Shown: one piece after another, positions 40,401-54,460 of the stretch
Layout: the number at the start of each line of letters is the position of its first letter
How positions within the stretch are numbered: position 1 is the first letter of the stretch
Source: Perna viridis
Lineage: Eukaryota
NCBI GenBank assembly: GCA_037379345.1
Contig: CM074511.1
Span: 14,074,001-14,138,000 of the forward strand
Length of the DNA: 64,000 nucleotides
Direction: 5' to 3'
Made by a program: the position numbers and the translations under genes
Notes under the pieces: generated by a model
The model's input: the letters and a program-made list of their open reading frames with translations, nothing else
Database searches by the model: none
What the model was told of the DNA's origin: nothing

Positions 40401-43400
40401 TAACAAATCAAAAGATCAGTTGATCTTGTTTTGTTGCCTTATGTAGTACATATGTCACATGTTTGAAAAGCAATGACACAGTATATGTTTAGGGAGTTTG
40501 CTGAAATATTGTTTAGTAATGGTAATCTGTGACATTGTGTTATCATTTGGACAATACTGCCCTTAGGAAGCATTAAGGAAGATTATTTTTGTTGACATAT
40601 TCTGTCTGATCTCTATGTAGCCAATGATAGGATTTGTCTCAAAAACTTTCCAAAAACACTTGGAGATCATTGTCAATCATTGTATATATTAAATATCATA
40701 AACTTTATCTTAAGCTGAATTTGACTGATGCCTGAAAAAAAATTTTAAATGACAAGGTGGAAGATCTTGTTGACCCAAAGAGTTTTAAAAACATTTACAG
40801 AAATATGTGTATTGTCAAGAATTTAGGTTTAAATAAGGTTTAATAAACAATGATGATAAACATACCCAAGGTTTACCTTACTCTTGGGCATAACAGAACT
40901 CATTCTTTTTTCTTTCTGGAATAATCATGATTTTATGGCTACCATATTAAGAAGCCATACTCAGAGACTGGCTAAAACAGTATATTTCATCACATAAAGA
41001 ATGTAATATGTTACAGTCTGTTTTAAAATTTCCTGGTTACATCAAGGCTATATTTATTCTGTAATTCCTCCTAAATGTCTCTGTTTTAAGTGCAGAACTT
41101 GGTGTTTTCTTTGTAATTTCCTATTCGCCAGATCCTTCAGTTCAATATTGCCATATTGTAATGTAAATGACTTTTTATGGATTAAAGCATGCACTACCTA
41201 CTTAGGAATTGTCAGGCAGAAAAGATTTTTATTGTCTTTCTTCTATAGCAGTGGTTAGTTTATTTAGCTGAAAAAAGGAAAGAACATTAAAAATCATTTA
41301 CAAAAATCCTTCACATGACACGAAAGCTTTAAGTTTATGGTCTGAGCTGATCAAGTTCTATTTAGGATACTGATTTCTGGTGAGACATTCTGCTATGAAA
41401 TTGATTTAAGAATCTGCAGCCAGGCTGCAGCAAATTGGAATTTTTCTGTCGTGTTCCATTCCAAAAAACATGAGGGTACATCATTTCTTTAATTTGCGCT
41501 AGAATTATTTAATGAAATTTGCTTCTGATATTACACATTAGTCCTTAGTCAGGCCTGGCATGTTTTTGTCTTTCCAAACTCTCCAATTTGATGACTGGGT
41601 GAAATGGACATGAAATGTATCTGGGTTGTCAATCAAAAACTGACATTCTAGAATTGCTCTCTGAGAAGATTGAATAATGCATGTATGTTGTGAATGTTTG
41701 GAGAGAATGAAATTGATGGGTTACATTCATATTGAGAAATGATCTGTCTCACATTAAATATTGTTTTGATAAGGGACTGAAGCTGCAATTTATAAAATTT
41801 GGTGTTGTATATAATCTTTTTTAAATGTACTTGAGGAAGTGTTTTATTACAATTCCATGCATGAGCTGCTAGGAGTGTCTTCATAACTTACTTTTCTGCC
41901 ATTCAGGTATTTATTCATTCCTTAATAGCACTTCAATTTTTTTCACATTTGAACAAGCTTTGATAAATTAAAGCAATGTTGGATTTCTTCATCTTGTTTA
42001 ATTATTATGTGCTTGAAGAACCAGCAATAACGGCCATATTCATCTGTATCTTTATGTGACAAAAACATTAATAGTGTCTGTATATTGTTTAATGAATAAG
42101 ATAAAAAAAATATTGTAATAGTACAAAAATTTATGTCTGACAACTAAGATTGAAGGTATTCCAATTAACCAAAAAATAATCTACCATCTTTTTTTTCATT
42201 AGTGATTGGTGAGCAAGATAGGAAAAGTCAAGTCTTATTTGTACCCTTTTTTTAAAGTCATATCCATTTCATCCATCCACACACAGGTCATCTTTAACTT
42301 TCCTAATGATTATGCTGAGGAATTCAAGATGCTTGAATAACTGCTGATCTTTTGAGCTTTTGATAAACCCTTGCCCTTGTTAACAATGCTGATACACCTG
42401 GTCTGAAGGAAAATAATAGGATTATGAACCCTAAATGTTTGTTCCAAGTTTTGGTATCTGTACAGTTTAAGTCAGTGGGAGATATTGTTTGATCTTTGGA
42501 AATGTGAACAATGAATTGGATGCAGAGGTATTTTTGATAAAGAACAGGCTGAACTATATAAAACTTATTGAAAAATAAATGAGAGGCTTTTTGGATAAAG
42601 AGAATTAAGCTACCTATAGGACAGGTGCGATATGATTTGAACAAATATTTTCTTTTCGATTAGTCATTGTGTACCTAAAGAAATTTGTTTGTGTTCTGCT
42701 TGTCATAGTAGGTAATAGGACAGGTTTTAAAATATTGTAGGTTGTAAATTAATATTCTAAGTAAACTATATAGGAAGCCTAGCTAAGAATGTATTGACCA
42801 AGGATATACTTTGTGGCATTGGTCATATATTGTTTTGTTTTTATTTGTGATTTCATTGACTGCAATAATTTAGTAAACCCGAAGATTTTGGACACAATTT
42901 TAATATTTAGCCACTTATTTAGTCCTTTATTATTATAGGTTGTCTGACTTCAGGTCTATATACCCCCTCTCAAAAAGTTGTTGGTGTTTTGTAATAACCT
43001 TGTCTATTTATCTGTTTTGTCAGTCATTCTCTCCATCCATTATTCTGTCCATCCAAATTTCATCGCCATAGTCCTTTTTTGTATGTACCAAATGCAAGCC
43101 ATTTTAACAAGTTTTTCAAAGAAACTGAACCCCCCAACACTTAACGATCTGGTTGGCATTCTTATGGAAGAAGGCCAAGAACAGTAAATATTTTTCTTGG
43201 AAACTCAAACTATTTTCACTTCAGTAAATAGCTAAATGGTCTGAAATAAGTTATTTAAAAGTATCCAAATACTTTCAGTGGCTTCAATAAATTGAAGATT
43301 TGAATTTGCTCCATTTGGACAGTAAAGTGTCTGTTGGGTTGGAAAGGTACTACGTTTTTTTTTTTTTTAAATTAAAATCAAATCAAATCAAATTCAGAAA

Positions 43401-44694
43401 TATGAAAACAGATTATTATCTCAACTCATGATTGATGGATTGATTTTAAAAAATGGTATGTGGCTTTATTTGTTCTTTTTTTAAATGAAAATGTCAACTT
43501 CTGTACAAGTTGGCATATACCTAGTACAACATATGTGTGCAACTTCATATTAATGTAGAAAAAGTCCTCTCAGTTATATAACAAACCAGTTTAGCTCAAA
43601 TTGTTTATACAATGTCCCTTTAAAAGTTCAAGTGTACATCAAAATACTTGTCAAAATAAATACTATTTACATGTAGAATATAATATATGTTAAACTACTT
43701 TTTATGTTTAAGGTGAAGTAGAAAAAAAAGTACTGTTCTTTCCTTCATGGGAATGTGTTGAAAAGGGGGTTGGGGACTTTTTTTTCTTTTTAGATGTTTT
43801 TCCTATTTTAGGACAACATTGAATATTGGAACTTAGTTGGTCAAATACTACAGATGGTATAATCACAAATGGCAACAAACAATCTTGAATATATTAAAAG
43901 GAGAATTTCAGGCTTAACTGTTCTAATTTGCAGTTTTCAGTTTCAGTATCACTGTGTATCAAAGGTCATGCTCCTATGATGAATTAGACCTCCTTTTAGA
44001 ATAGGTTATAGTTATAATTAACAACAGTCTCTACCCCTTCCTGTATCACTATACAAAATGCCAATGATTAGAGTGTGACCATACTTAGACATAAATTATC
44101 TGACCACTCAGTATAAAAACTCTTTCTTAAACTTGTTTGTTTTCATTTTCACTTAAAATTTAATATCAGTCCAAGTATTGGGCGTGTCTTTTAGAAAGTG
44201 TGTTATAAACTTTGGTTTGAATGGCCGTAGAAAGTTAATTAGTATTGGAGCCTCTTCACCTACAAGAAATCAGACATCTTAAACAACCCTTGAGCTCAGG
44301 GTACTTGAGGTTGGTCATATTACTTTCTTTCTGAGGTGTTTGATTACTAAATCTATACAAGTTTTCAAGTGTCACTGATTTATTTCTATGTTAAATTCAG
44401 CCAAGAGTGTGTAAAGTTTTGGCATGAATAATATTTTGGACTAGGATTTCCTGTAGGATTTTGGGAATTAGGACTGTTAAACATTTGGCAGCCATAGTAA
44501 AGGTCTGTTTTTTTATACGTACATTTTCATTTCTGGAATAGAAAAAATGTTAAGTGATGGACATGTTAAAAAATTCTGTGATTTTCTTTAAATGTGTTTT
44601 TTTTTTTTAGTATTGCAGGATCAATTCAGGAGGTATATACTGTACCCAACAAGCGTTCTAAAAGTTTTAATTAAATTTGTATCTCAAATAACTG

Positions 44695-44854
44695 TACATT
44701 GAATCCTGTCTAAACTGAAACCCTTTGGTTTATGTAAGACAGGTTTACCAAGATTCAAAGTACATTTAAATTGATGTGAATGAACCTTTAAAAGAGTCTG
44801 GTTTAGAGAGGTTTTCAGATAATTCAGGGCTCAGTTTGGACAGTTCTCAATGTA
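44695..44854. mobile_element. MITE with TA ends (Tc1/mariner-type structure)
   Basis: Termini tacattga / tcaatgta plus a subterminal inverted pair ctgtctaaactga / tcagtttggacag. Confidence 0.6.
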
Positions 44855-46186
44855 TACTTTTCTTCATGTATGTAGTGTCTTTTCTTACGTAGTGACCTAA
44901 ATTCTATGTTTAATATGTATACAAACTCATATCCTGTTGATAAGTCAAGAGTTTTTTTCTTGTTAGACCCTTGTATACAAGTAAACAAATCCGTTTAGGG
45001 ATTTAATCAGCCTGTAATAGATATACATGTATTGTTACTGGGGGATCTCTACTAATATCTGAAGTATATCCTTTTTTTTTGTGCTTATTGACAATCTGGG
45101 TAAGTTGTTTAAGAGGAAGTCTTTCTATCACAATAAGTGGTGATCATTTGAAAATTTCCTGCAACTGAATCATTGTATCAAGATTTGCTCCCAAATTTAA
45201 AACTATATGTAAATGTTTTTGAAGTACTGAGATGATTGATTTGATGGTCAGGGTATGACTGAATTACAGGACTAGTAATTTCTTCATGGTGGATTGTTAG
45301 TCAGCTTCTCTCATAGTTTTCTAGTTATTGCTAACCCATTTCTAGAATCTCATTTAAAACCAGCTGCCCAAAATTTTGTGTACAGTTTGAAAAGATAGGT
45401 GTTCATTGGCTTGTTTCCAGTCCTCTTCAGAAATAGGTAATTTGTACCCAACAGAAAGTCCAACTTACATTGAGGTTGAATATATTAACCATTTTATGTC
45501 AAAATATGACAAACCTATGTGCTTGTAAAATTCCTAGTTATGATATAATTTGATACATAGTAATACATATACTTCCACATGACCAATATTTAATGAAATT
45601 CAGGACGAGGACAGCTGCACCCATTTGCAAATTTGACTGAAAGTCTTTTTTGTACTCAAGTTGCTTTTCAGCCAGATGAAGATGTCTAGCAATGGGTTCT
45701 ATAGACTGAGTACTATTATGCAGCTTCTTTTCAAACTGAGCCTTAACCACTAATTGTAAATGACGAGTGAGGTGTCACAATTCTTGTTTTTTATGTCCCT
45801 TTTAAAGGAATTGATGTATTGTATGGTATCAAGACCCTAACGTCATTGTTGTAATTGACAATCGTGTTGTGGTCTAAAACCTATCAGTATGTGAATTTTA
45901 TGTAAGTTAAGACCATGATATTATCATAAAAGGACCTTGAAAAAGCCACAGTTGTAGTCAAAAGGATGTAGTTTTATTTTGTTGACAGTAAAAAAACTTG
46001 AATAGGTGCAGTTACAGTAAACCAAATACATTATTATAGTGGTAACCATCTCATGAATAATTGAAAACATTATGAATAAATGATTGTTGACATGTGAAAT
46101 GCATTACTTAAGTGTGAAATGGAAATGTTACATGTGACTTCACAAAAGGTAGTAACATAGATTACAAGAAGACCAGATAATTTGAT

Positions 46187-49100
46187 GGGGAATAATTAAC
46201 AGACTGAGATGGTGAATATGTTATTGATTAGAGAATCCTGTTTGTGGGGGGGGGATAATTAACAGACTGAGATGGTGAATTTGTCATTGATTAGAGAATC
46301 CTGTTTGTGGGGGGGATAATTAACAGACTGAGATGGTGAATTTGTCATTGATTAGAGAATCCTGTTTTTGGGGGGGATAATTAACAGACTGAGATGGTGA
46401 ATATGTCATTGATTAGAGAATCCTGTTTGGGGGGGGGAATAATTAACAGACTGAAATGGTGAATTTGTCATTGATTAGAGAATCCTGTTTGGGGGGGGGG
46501 GTGATAATTAACAGACTGAGATGGTGAATTTGTCATTGATTAGAGAATCCTGTTTGTGGGGGGTGATAATTAACAGACTGAGATGGTGAATTTGTCATTG
46601 ATTAGAGAATCCTGTTTGGGGGGTGATAATTAACAGACTGAGATGGTGAATTTGTCATTGATTAGAGAATCCTGTTTGTGGGGGGGGGGTGATAATTAAC
46701 AGACTGAGATGGTGAATTTGTCATTGATTAGAGAATCCTGTTTGTGGGGGGTGATAATTAACAGACTGAGATGGTGAATTTGTCATTGATTAGAGAATCC
46801 TGTTTGGGGGGTGATAATTAACAGACTGAGATGGTGAATTTGTCATTGATTAAAGAATCCTGTTTGGGGGGGGGATAATTAACAGACTGAGATGGTGAAT
46901 TTGTCATTGATTAGAGAATCCTGTTTGGGGGGTGATAATTAACAGACTGAGATGGTGAATTTGTCATTGATTAGAGAATCCTGTTTGTGGGGGGGGGGGT
47001 GAAAATAAAAATACTGTGAGGGTGAATTTTACATTGTTTAGATAATCCGTTTTGTGGGGGGGGGGTGATAAGTAACAGACTGAGATGGTGAATTTGTCAT
47101 TGATTAGAGAATACTGTTTGTGGGGGGGATAATTAACAGACTGAGATGGTGAATTTGTCATTGATTAGAGAATCCTGTTTGTGGGGGGTGATAATTAACA
47201 GACTGAGATGGTGAATTTGTCATTGATTAGAGAATCCTGTTTGTGGGGGGTGATAATTAACAGACTGAAATGGTGAATTTGTCATTGATTAGAGAATCCT
47301 GTTTGGGGGGGGGGGGTGATAATTAACAGACTGAGATGGTGAATTTGTCATTGATTAGAGAATCCTGTTTGGGGGGTGATAATTAACAGACTGAAATGGT
47401 GAATTTGTCATTTATTAGAGAATCCTGTTTGGGGGGGGGGTGATAATTAACAGACTGAGATGGTGAATTTGTCATTGATTAGAGAATCCTGTTTGTGGGG
47501 GGGGGGGGGTGATAATTAACAGACTGAGATGGTGAATTTGTCATTGATTAGAGAATCCTGTTTGTGGGGGGGGGTGATAATTAACAGACTGAGATGGTGA
47601 ATTTGTCATTGATTAGAGAATCCTGTTTGGGGGGGGGGGTGATAATTAACAGACTGAGATGGTGAATTTGTCATTGATTAGAGAATCCTGTTTGGGGGGG
47701 GGGGGTGATAATTAACAGACTGAGATGGTGAATTTGTCATTGATTAGAGAATCCTGTTTGTGGGGGGTGATAATTAACAGACTGAGATGGTAAATTTGTC
47801 TTTGATTAGAGAATCCTGTTTGTGGGGGGGTGGGTGATTAACAGACTGAGATGGTGAATTTGTCATTGATTAGAGAATCCTGTTTGTGGGGGGGGGGTTG
47901 ATAATTAACAGACTGAGATTGTGAATTTGTCATTGATTAGAGACTCCTGTTTGGGGGGGGGGGTGATTAACAGACTGAGATGGTGAATTTGTCATTGATT
48001 AGAGAATCCTGTTTGGGGGGGGATAATTAACAGACTGAGATGGTGAATTTGTCATTGATTAGAGAATCCTGTTTGTGGGGGGGGGGTTGATAATTAACAG
48101 ACTGAGATGGTGAATTTGTCATTGATTAGAGAATCCTGTTTGTGAGGGGGTGATAATTAACAGACTGAGATGGTGAATTTGTCATTGATTAGAGAATCCT
48201 GTTTGGGGGGTGATAATTAACAGACTGAAATGGTGAATTTGTCATTGATTAGAGAATCCTGTTTGTGGGGGGGGGGGTGATAATTAACAGACTGAGATGG
48301 TGAATTTGTCATTGATTAGAGAATCCTGTTTGTGGGGGGGGTGATAATTAACAGACTGAGATGGTGAATTTGTCATTGATTAGAGAATCCTGTTTGTGGG
48401 GGGGGGGTGATAATTAACAGACTGAGATGGTGAATTTGTCATTGATTAGAGAATCCTGTTTGGGGGGGGGGTGATAATTAACAGACTGAGATGGTGAATT
48501 TGTCATTGATTAGAGAATCCTGTTTGTGGGGGGTGATAATTAACAGACTGAGATGGTAAATTTGTCTTTGATTAGAGAATCCTGTTTGTGGGGGGGTGGG
48601 TGATTAACAGACTGAGATGGTGAATTTGTCATTGATTAGAGAATCCTGTTTGTGGGGGGGGTTGATAATTAACAGACTGAGATGGTGAATTTGTCATTGA
48701 TTAGAGAATCCTGTTTGGGGGGGGGGGGTGATTAACAGACTGAGATGGTGAATTTGTCATTGATTAGAGAATCCTGTTTGGGGGGGATAATTAACAGACT
48801 GAGATGGTGAATTTGTCATTGATTAGAGAATCCTGTTTGTGGGGGGGGTTGATAATTAACAGACTGAGATGGTGAATTTGTCATTGATTAGAGAATCCTG
48901 TTTGTGAGGGGGTGATAATTAACAGACTGAGATGGTGAATTTGTCATTGATTAGAGAATCCTGTTTGGGGGGTGATAATTAACAGACTGAAATGGTGAAT
49001 TTGTCATTGATTAGAGAATCCTGTTTGTGGGGGGGGGTGATAATTAACAGACTGAGATGGTGAATTTGTCATTGATTAGAGAATCCTGTTTGTGGGGGGG

Positions 49101-49283
49101 GGGGGTGATAATTAACAGACTGAGATGGTGAATTTGTCATTGATTAGAGAATCCTGTTTGTGGGGGGGGGGATAATTAACAAACTGAGATGGTGAATATG
49201 TCATTGATTAAAGAATTCTGTTTGGGGTGATAATTAACAGACTGAGATGGTGAATATGTCATTGATTAAAGAATCCTGTTTGG
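46187..49283. repeat. Tandem array of ~3.1 kb, about 49 copies of a ~60-69-bp unit with a variable poly-G tract
   Basis: Constant 53-bp core gataattaacagactgagatggtgaatttgtcattgattagagaatcctgttt followed by (gt)G(4-13)(t). Copies were counted by eye. Confidence 0.98.
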
Positions 49284-51030
49284 CTCTTCAAAGGCTTTAA
49301 AGTATTGTGAAAAGGTTCATTGTAGTTGAATCAGAATTGTTTTTTCCCATTTGAGTTCTTCTTTAAGTATGTCTGATATGCCTGCATGTACTTCTTTGAT
49401 GGATACTACTTCTAGCTTTAATGACCTCAGTGTGAAATAGAATGTTACTGGAATACAAACCAGAACTTTTATTCTACACTGATCAGCATACTGCATTGAA
49501 AACTAAGTTAAGTGTAAATTGTATAAAAATTGAAATAAAATCTGATTTATTGAAGCAAAAAATATGTAAGTAGGTTTTTTTTCTGGTCTGATTACTTTCT
49601 GTTTTATGTATAGCCTTCCTATGAATGAACAGTCTGTCACAGTTCCAGTTCAGTTCAGTGATGCATCTTTATTTAAATCCAAATCAGTTCGATCGATATC
49701 ATTTTTCGTTGGATTTTAAAATAAACCACAAGTTAGTAGAATTTGTGCTTTTCTTCATTTAAATGGAGAAAAAGGTAAATCACACATAGCATCATACACT
49801 TCATTTGTTGAACATGTGGCCAAGGTGGTGGTGGTAAGTTTTCATTTTTGAAATTTGATTAGTTTAAGGTCTTTAGATTTGTAGCTGAGGCACGTCATAT
49901 AAACATTATAGTTTTATGTGGTGGAACAAATGGGATGATCTGTTTTTAATTATAGCAGTATAAACACACATTTTACTCACACCAGATGATCTTATACAGA
50001 AATATATCCATATCATAACAATATCATAGCTTAATATTTGTCTTCTATGTGATCTGCCTCATTAAGAAGGAGAATTAATTAGAAGTGACCAAAAGAATAA
50101 TTTATAGGTGATAAAACTCACACAGGTTAGTAACAGGAACTAGAAGATTAGGACTGATTAGTGGTATGTGGATATTAGGGGTAAAACACTGTAAAAACAG
50201 GCAAAGAGAGGCTTGTGAACGACAGTCTGAACATCCAAGATAATTGTTATTGTTGCTTGTTGTAGAGTGGATTATTGCTGCTCTTTGTACCTTTTTCTAG
50301 TTTTTGTGGACTTAAAATTCTCTAGCTTTTACAAAGGTATGTCTTCAATAACAACTATAGTGTAACAAAAAGACATGAAGCTCAAGAATTTACTGTGTTA
50401 TGTTAAATATTGTGTGTTTGTAACCAGGTTTTTCACTCATTTTTCTTCTATAACACTCATTTTTTTACTTTCTTAAAAATATAGAATGTAATAATTCATA
50501 CGATAGTGTACTACACCCTAATTAATTAGTGATATAATTATGTAATTAACATTTAATCTTTAAGATGAGCCTTCCATTAGTAATAACTGTCATTTCATGC
50601 CAGGACAATATTAGACTATCTATCATACTTGTAGCATGAAGACATTTGTTTTTACTGTCTGGGTCTTTTAAAGTCACGATTTGTGCAGTTCTTAACAGAA
50701 CTGAATGATGGTTGGATATGAAATAAGACATAACAATTGACTATCTGTAACTTTAATTTATATCAGGATATGAAAATGATATCATTCTATAAATTAAATA
50801 CTAATGATACAACATGAAAAGTTTCATACGGAAAATCTTAGTAGACTCAGTAGTAATAGAGAGCTACATTGACTTTTAGACTGGCCTTTGCTGTGCCTGA
50901 AATTTACATGATAATTTAGTGTTTAGGTCAAGCCAATAAGTTTGCCTGAAGTTTGAGTAGGTGGGGGGGTCATGGTTTTAATCACCAAAGGTTTTGAAAT
51001 TTGCAGTTACTGCATTAATATCTGGTATTG

Positions 51031-51052
51031 CAATCAATCAATCAATCAATCA
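51031..51052. repeat. (CAAT)n microsatellite, about 5.5 units
   Basis: caatcaatcaatcaatcaatca. Confidence 0.9.
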
Positions 51053-51899
51053 GTAGGGATAACATCATATTGTAATTAGGTACAGTTACAGTACGTCGTC
51101 ATATGACCATTTTTTTTTAAATGTATGCAACTGCAAATTTCTATTAAGTGCTGTTTGAAGTATTACCTAACAAAATCAACATTGTCTCATATTGTGTGAC
51201 TAACTTTACCAACATTACACAGGATGTAGTACATCTTAACCAAGTTATGAAGTAGATATTTTATAAAATTGTTAGCCGAATTATAACCTCTTTTGTTTAA
51301 GGTAAGCAGTTCGTAAATGAAGCTAGGGAGGTTCAGTTTTATTCTGACCATGTAAGATTTAGGGCCTGAGTTTTAAATGGCTAAGCTTTGTGAATACATG
51401 TACTTATGTTTGACAAGAAAGGAGTTTTTATTTTCCATTTGAAAGAAATTAAGTCATTTTACTATGTTTTTATTTCCTGACAATATTTCTTGTTTTTGTT
51501 CACGACTGATGGGTGCCATAGTCCTCAGTATAGTTAAGTATAATTTTCATGTAAGGGTGATGGTTACAGGCTTTATCTGATCTGCCATATTTCTCTAAAC
51601 TCAATTATTGAGAGAATTTTTCAAATTAAATGTTGTTGTGGACTTGAAGCATCATTTCGGTTCTGTTGTATTTTCAAGCAGCAACAATAAGCCCAACCAG
51701 TGCTATTTTTGGGGTATGAGTATTTTTCTCCTTGAAACTGACCATTAAACTTTTGTATTAGATAGAGATGATGCTTTTATATCATTTTAAAGCTTAGTAC
51801 ATTTGTTTAAACATATTTCATTGTAAAATTTGCAAAGGATCAGACAAGCTTTTTACCACCTTACCTTGTCTTCTCTCTTAGTACATTGTATATATATAA

Positions 51900-52621
51900 C
51901 AGTGTTCGTTCCAGTAAATTGCAGAAGGATTAAGCAGGGGGTTATTTTCAGAATAAAGGGGGTCAATATGGCAGTATAATATGGGATCATTAATAGATAA
52001 CTAGAGAGATTCAACCTACAAATAAGTTAATGTCAGGTTTGTATACATTTTATAGTTTCATTTTCAATGAGAGGTAACAGAGGTATATACTCTTCAAATG
52101 GACAAAAGAATTAGTATTTGTTGTCTATTTATTATGACATTCTCTTGATTCAAATTGTTACTTATTTTGATGTGACAGCTCCACTTAGAATTTTTCTGTT
52201 CTTTTCGGGGTCATATCCAACCTGGCCCAGGCCTACAGTCATTCCATTTCCATTTTACTCAACATTCTCTAGTTTCCTCACCTATGTCTGTTTTCAGCCA
52301 GTCAGCTCATGTGAGAGTTACTGGGTGTCTTGGGAAACGAACTTGTCCCATGCACACCGCCTGCAGTTTCCCTAAGTATTTTGACCCAAAAATTTTTTAC
52401 AAATTTTTGTTTCTCATGTTTAGTAGGAAACAGTCAAAGCTATTGGCACTTTAAAATGACAGAGACATATTTGAACACAGAGTAGAAAAAATTTCAGGAA
52501 ATTCATACATAGCTCTACAGAATACTGTGCGTCCACTGGGTCCACATGCCACACTTTTTGTGCTCCATGCATAAAATATCCGTGCCAATGGGCGCAAGGG
52601 TGCGATCTTGAATGAACACTG
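51900..52621. mobile_element. Non-autonomous DNA transposon with CAGTGTT termini (hAT-like ends)
   Basis: TIRs cagtgttcgttccag / cttgaatgaacactg match at 13/15. The 3' subterminal region is GC/CpG-rich. No 8-bp TSD is recognisable. Confidence 0.5.
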
Positions 52622-52749
52622 TTAAAATATTTTTTATGATTCTGCCTTTATAGATGTTCACTAGCTTGTTTGTTGTTCACATAGAATCAGTATACTGATG
52701 CATTATTTCAAGCAGAATTTAACCTGCCTGTCAACTGATTCAAGTAAAG

Positions 52750-52805
52750 TGTCAACTTACAAGTCGCATGACAACTTACAAGTCACATGTCAACTTACAA
52801 GTCAC
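52750..52805. repeat. Tandem repeat, 19 bp x 3
   Basis: tgtcaacttacaagtcgca / tgacaacttacaagtcaca / tgtcaacttacaagtcac. Confidence 0.93.
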
Positions 52806-54281
52806 GTTTCACTTAAAAGTCATGGTGTCCAATATCAAGAGCAAAATTTTGCTAATTAGGGAGCATCCTTCTTTAAATAAACTAAATTCTAAGTATGCAT
52901 CTTTAGAAGAACCCTATTGCATCATTAAGCTTCTGTACAGTTCATTAAACACTATGGCTTTATAATTATTTAACATCATATTGCAACTGAATCTAACAGA
53001 GAAAATGAGCCATTTGTCAGCAAATTTATTATCTTAGTGTTATGGCTTTAAATACTATTGGCTTTTGCAATAGTTGTAACAACATGGGGTTGACTCTTTG
53101 TGAAGTTATTTCAAAGGCAATTGAAGTGTTAGGAGTAAGTTAGAGCTTGAAAGTATATATGTATCTAGGCCAAGCAATTATCCTTTATCAATCATAAGAT
53201 CTGAGGGGAACTGAAAAAAAAATTCAGGTTGAAACTGAGCTGCACCACACAAAAAGGGTATGCTTAATATCTATTGTTTAATTTAATGTTTTTGGATGCT
53301 CTCTCCAATTGATTTAGTCTATCTATGTTACATAAGTTACTTACATGCAGACAGCAAAAAACAAAACAAAAAACTATGCTTTTTTGTGTGGAGTGTCACT
53401 TGAATTTACATGTGTTCATGCATATTATGGAACAGTTAGGATTAATTTTGATTCTTTAAGTGACAAAGTTGACGTAATCTGAGGAAACAACTTTACATAG
53501 AAGGAAGTTATCTACGTGGACACAAGGACTTAATTATCCTTAGAAAATTCTTGTTAGCTTAAGCACTTCCATAGGACTGTCTCAATTTCAAAAGTTTTAA
53601 TTTGATAACTGTATTTTAGTGTTTGATGTTCAAAGCTAACAACTCAGGTTCTTTATATGAATTTCTCAATGACTATTTTGTCACTGACAAACCTAATACT
53701 ATGCAAGGTTCTAAGAGCTTGAACAATTCTTGAATTACAAAGTTTCAACACCTAGATCTGTACACTAACCACTTCATCATGATGTTTGTCTCTCCACATT
53801 TATTGTTAACATTTGATAATATCCTATTGCTGTATTTTTGTGGGAATATTTTTACAGCAAATTCTACAAAATTTTAATTTTTTTATTTAAAATTGGTTTG
53901 TCATACCAGTATTCATTAACTCAAAGCTTTCCTTCTTGATTTAATTGCCGAGGGCATCAAAATAGAAAAGAAAGATTCTTTTACTGAAAACAATATAAGG
54001 AATGTGGTTTTTAGGATAAAACATACTTTTTGCTGTTGGAGTGCAATTCATACCCAATACTTTGCAACAGAAAACCAGCCAGATATCAAACATTGACCCT
54101 TGACACTATATTAGCTGACTCTCTACCAAGTAAAAAGAACAAGAGTATCCTTGAGGGATCAAATTTTCAGTAAGGAGTTCAGTTGGTTTTGGCATCAGCC
54201 CCTGGTCCCATAAATAAATAAATCTCAAATAGAGGATGACCATTATTTACAAATCAGATTGCTTGAAATGAAGATTTTTTA

Positions 54282-54460
54282 CAGTGACGGATCCAGAGGG
54301 TGTGGGTGCAATGGGTTGACACCCCACCTTTTTATTGGAATCTTTGTCATTATCATGTGTAAAATTGACAAAAAGGGCAAACAATGTCCTAGCAACTCCC
54401 TTTTCTGAGAAATCCCGGCTGGCACCCCTCCTTTTAAAAGTTCCCAGATCCATAACCACA
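54282..54460. mobile_element. GGATCCAG-family MITE
   Basis: The 5' terminus is cagtgacggatccagaggg; the 3' end is degenerate (cccagatccataacc). Confidence 0.45.

Noticed and set aside
46187-49283. CRISPR-like array (constant repeat with variable intervening sequence)
   Set aside because: The variable part is only G-homopolymer length. There are no unique spacers or cas genes, and the context is eukaryotic.
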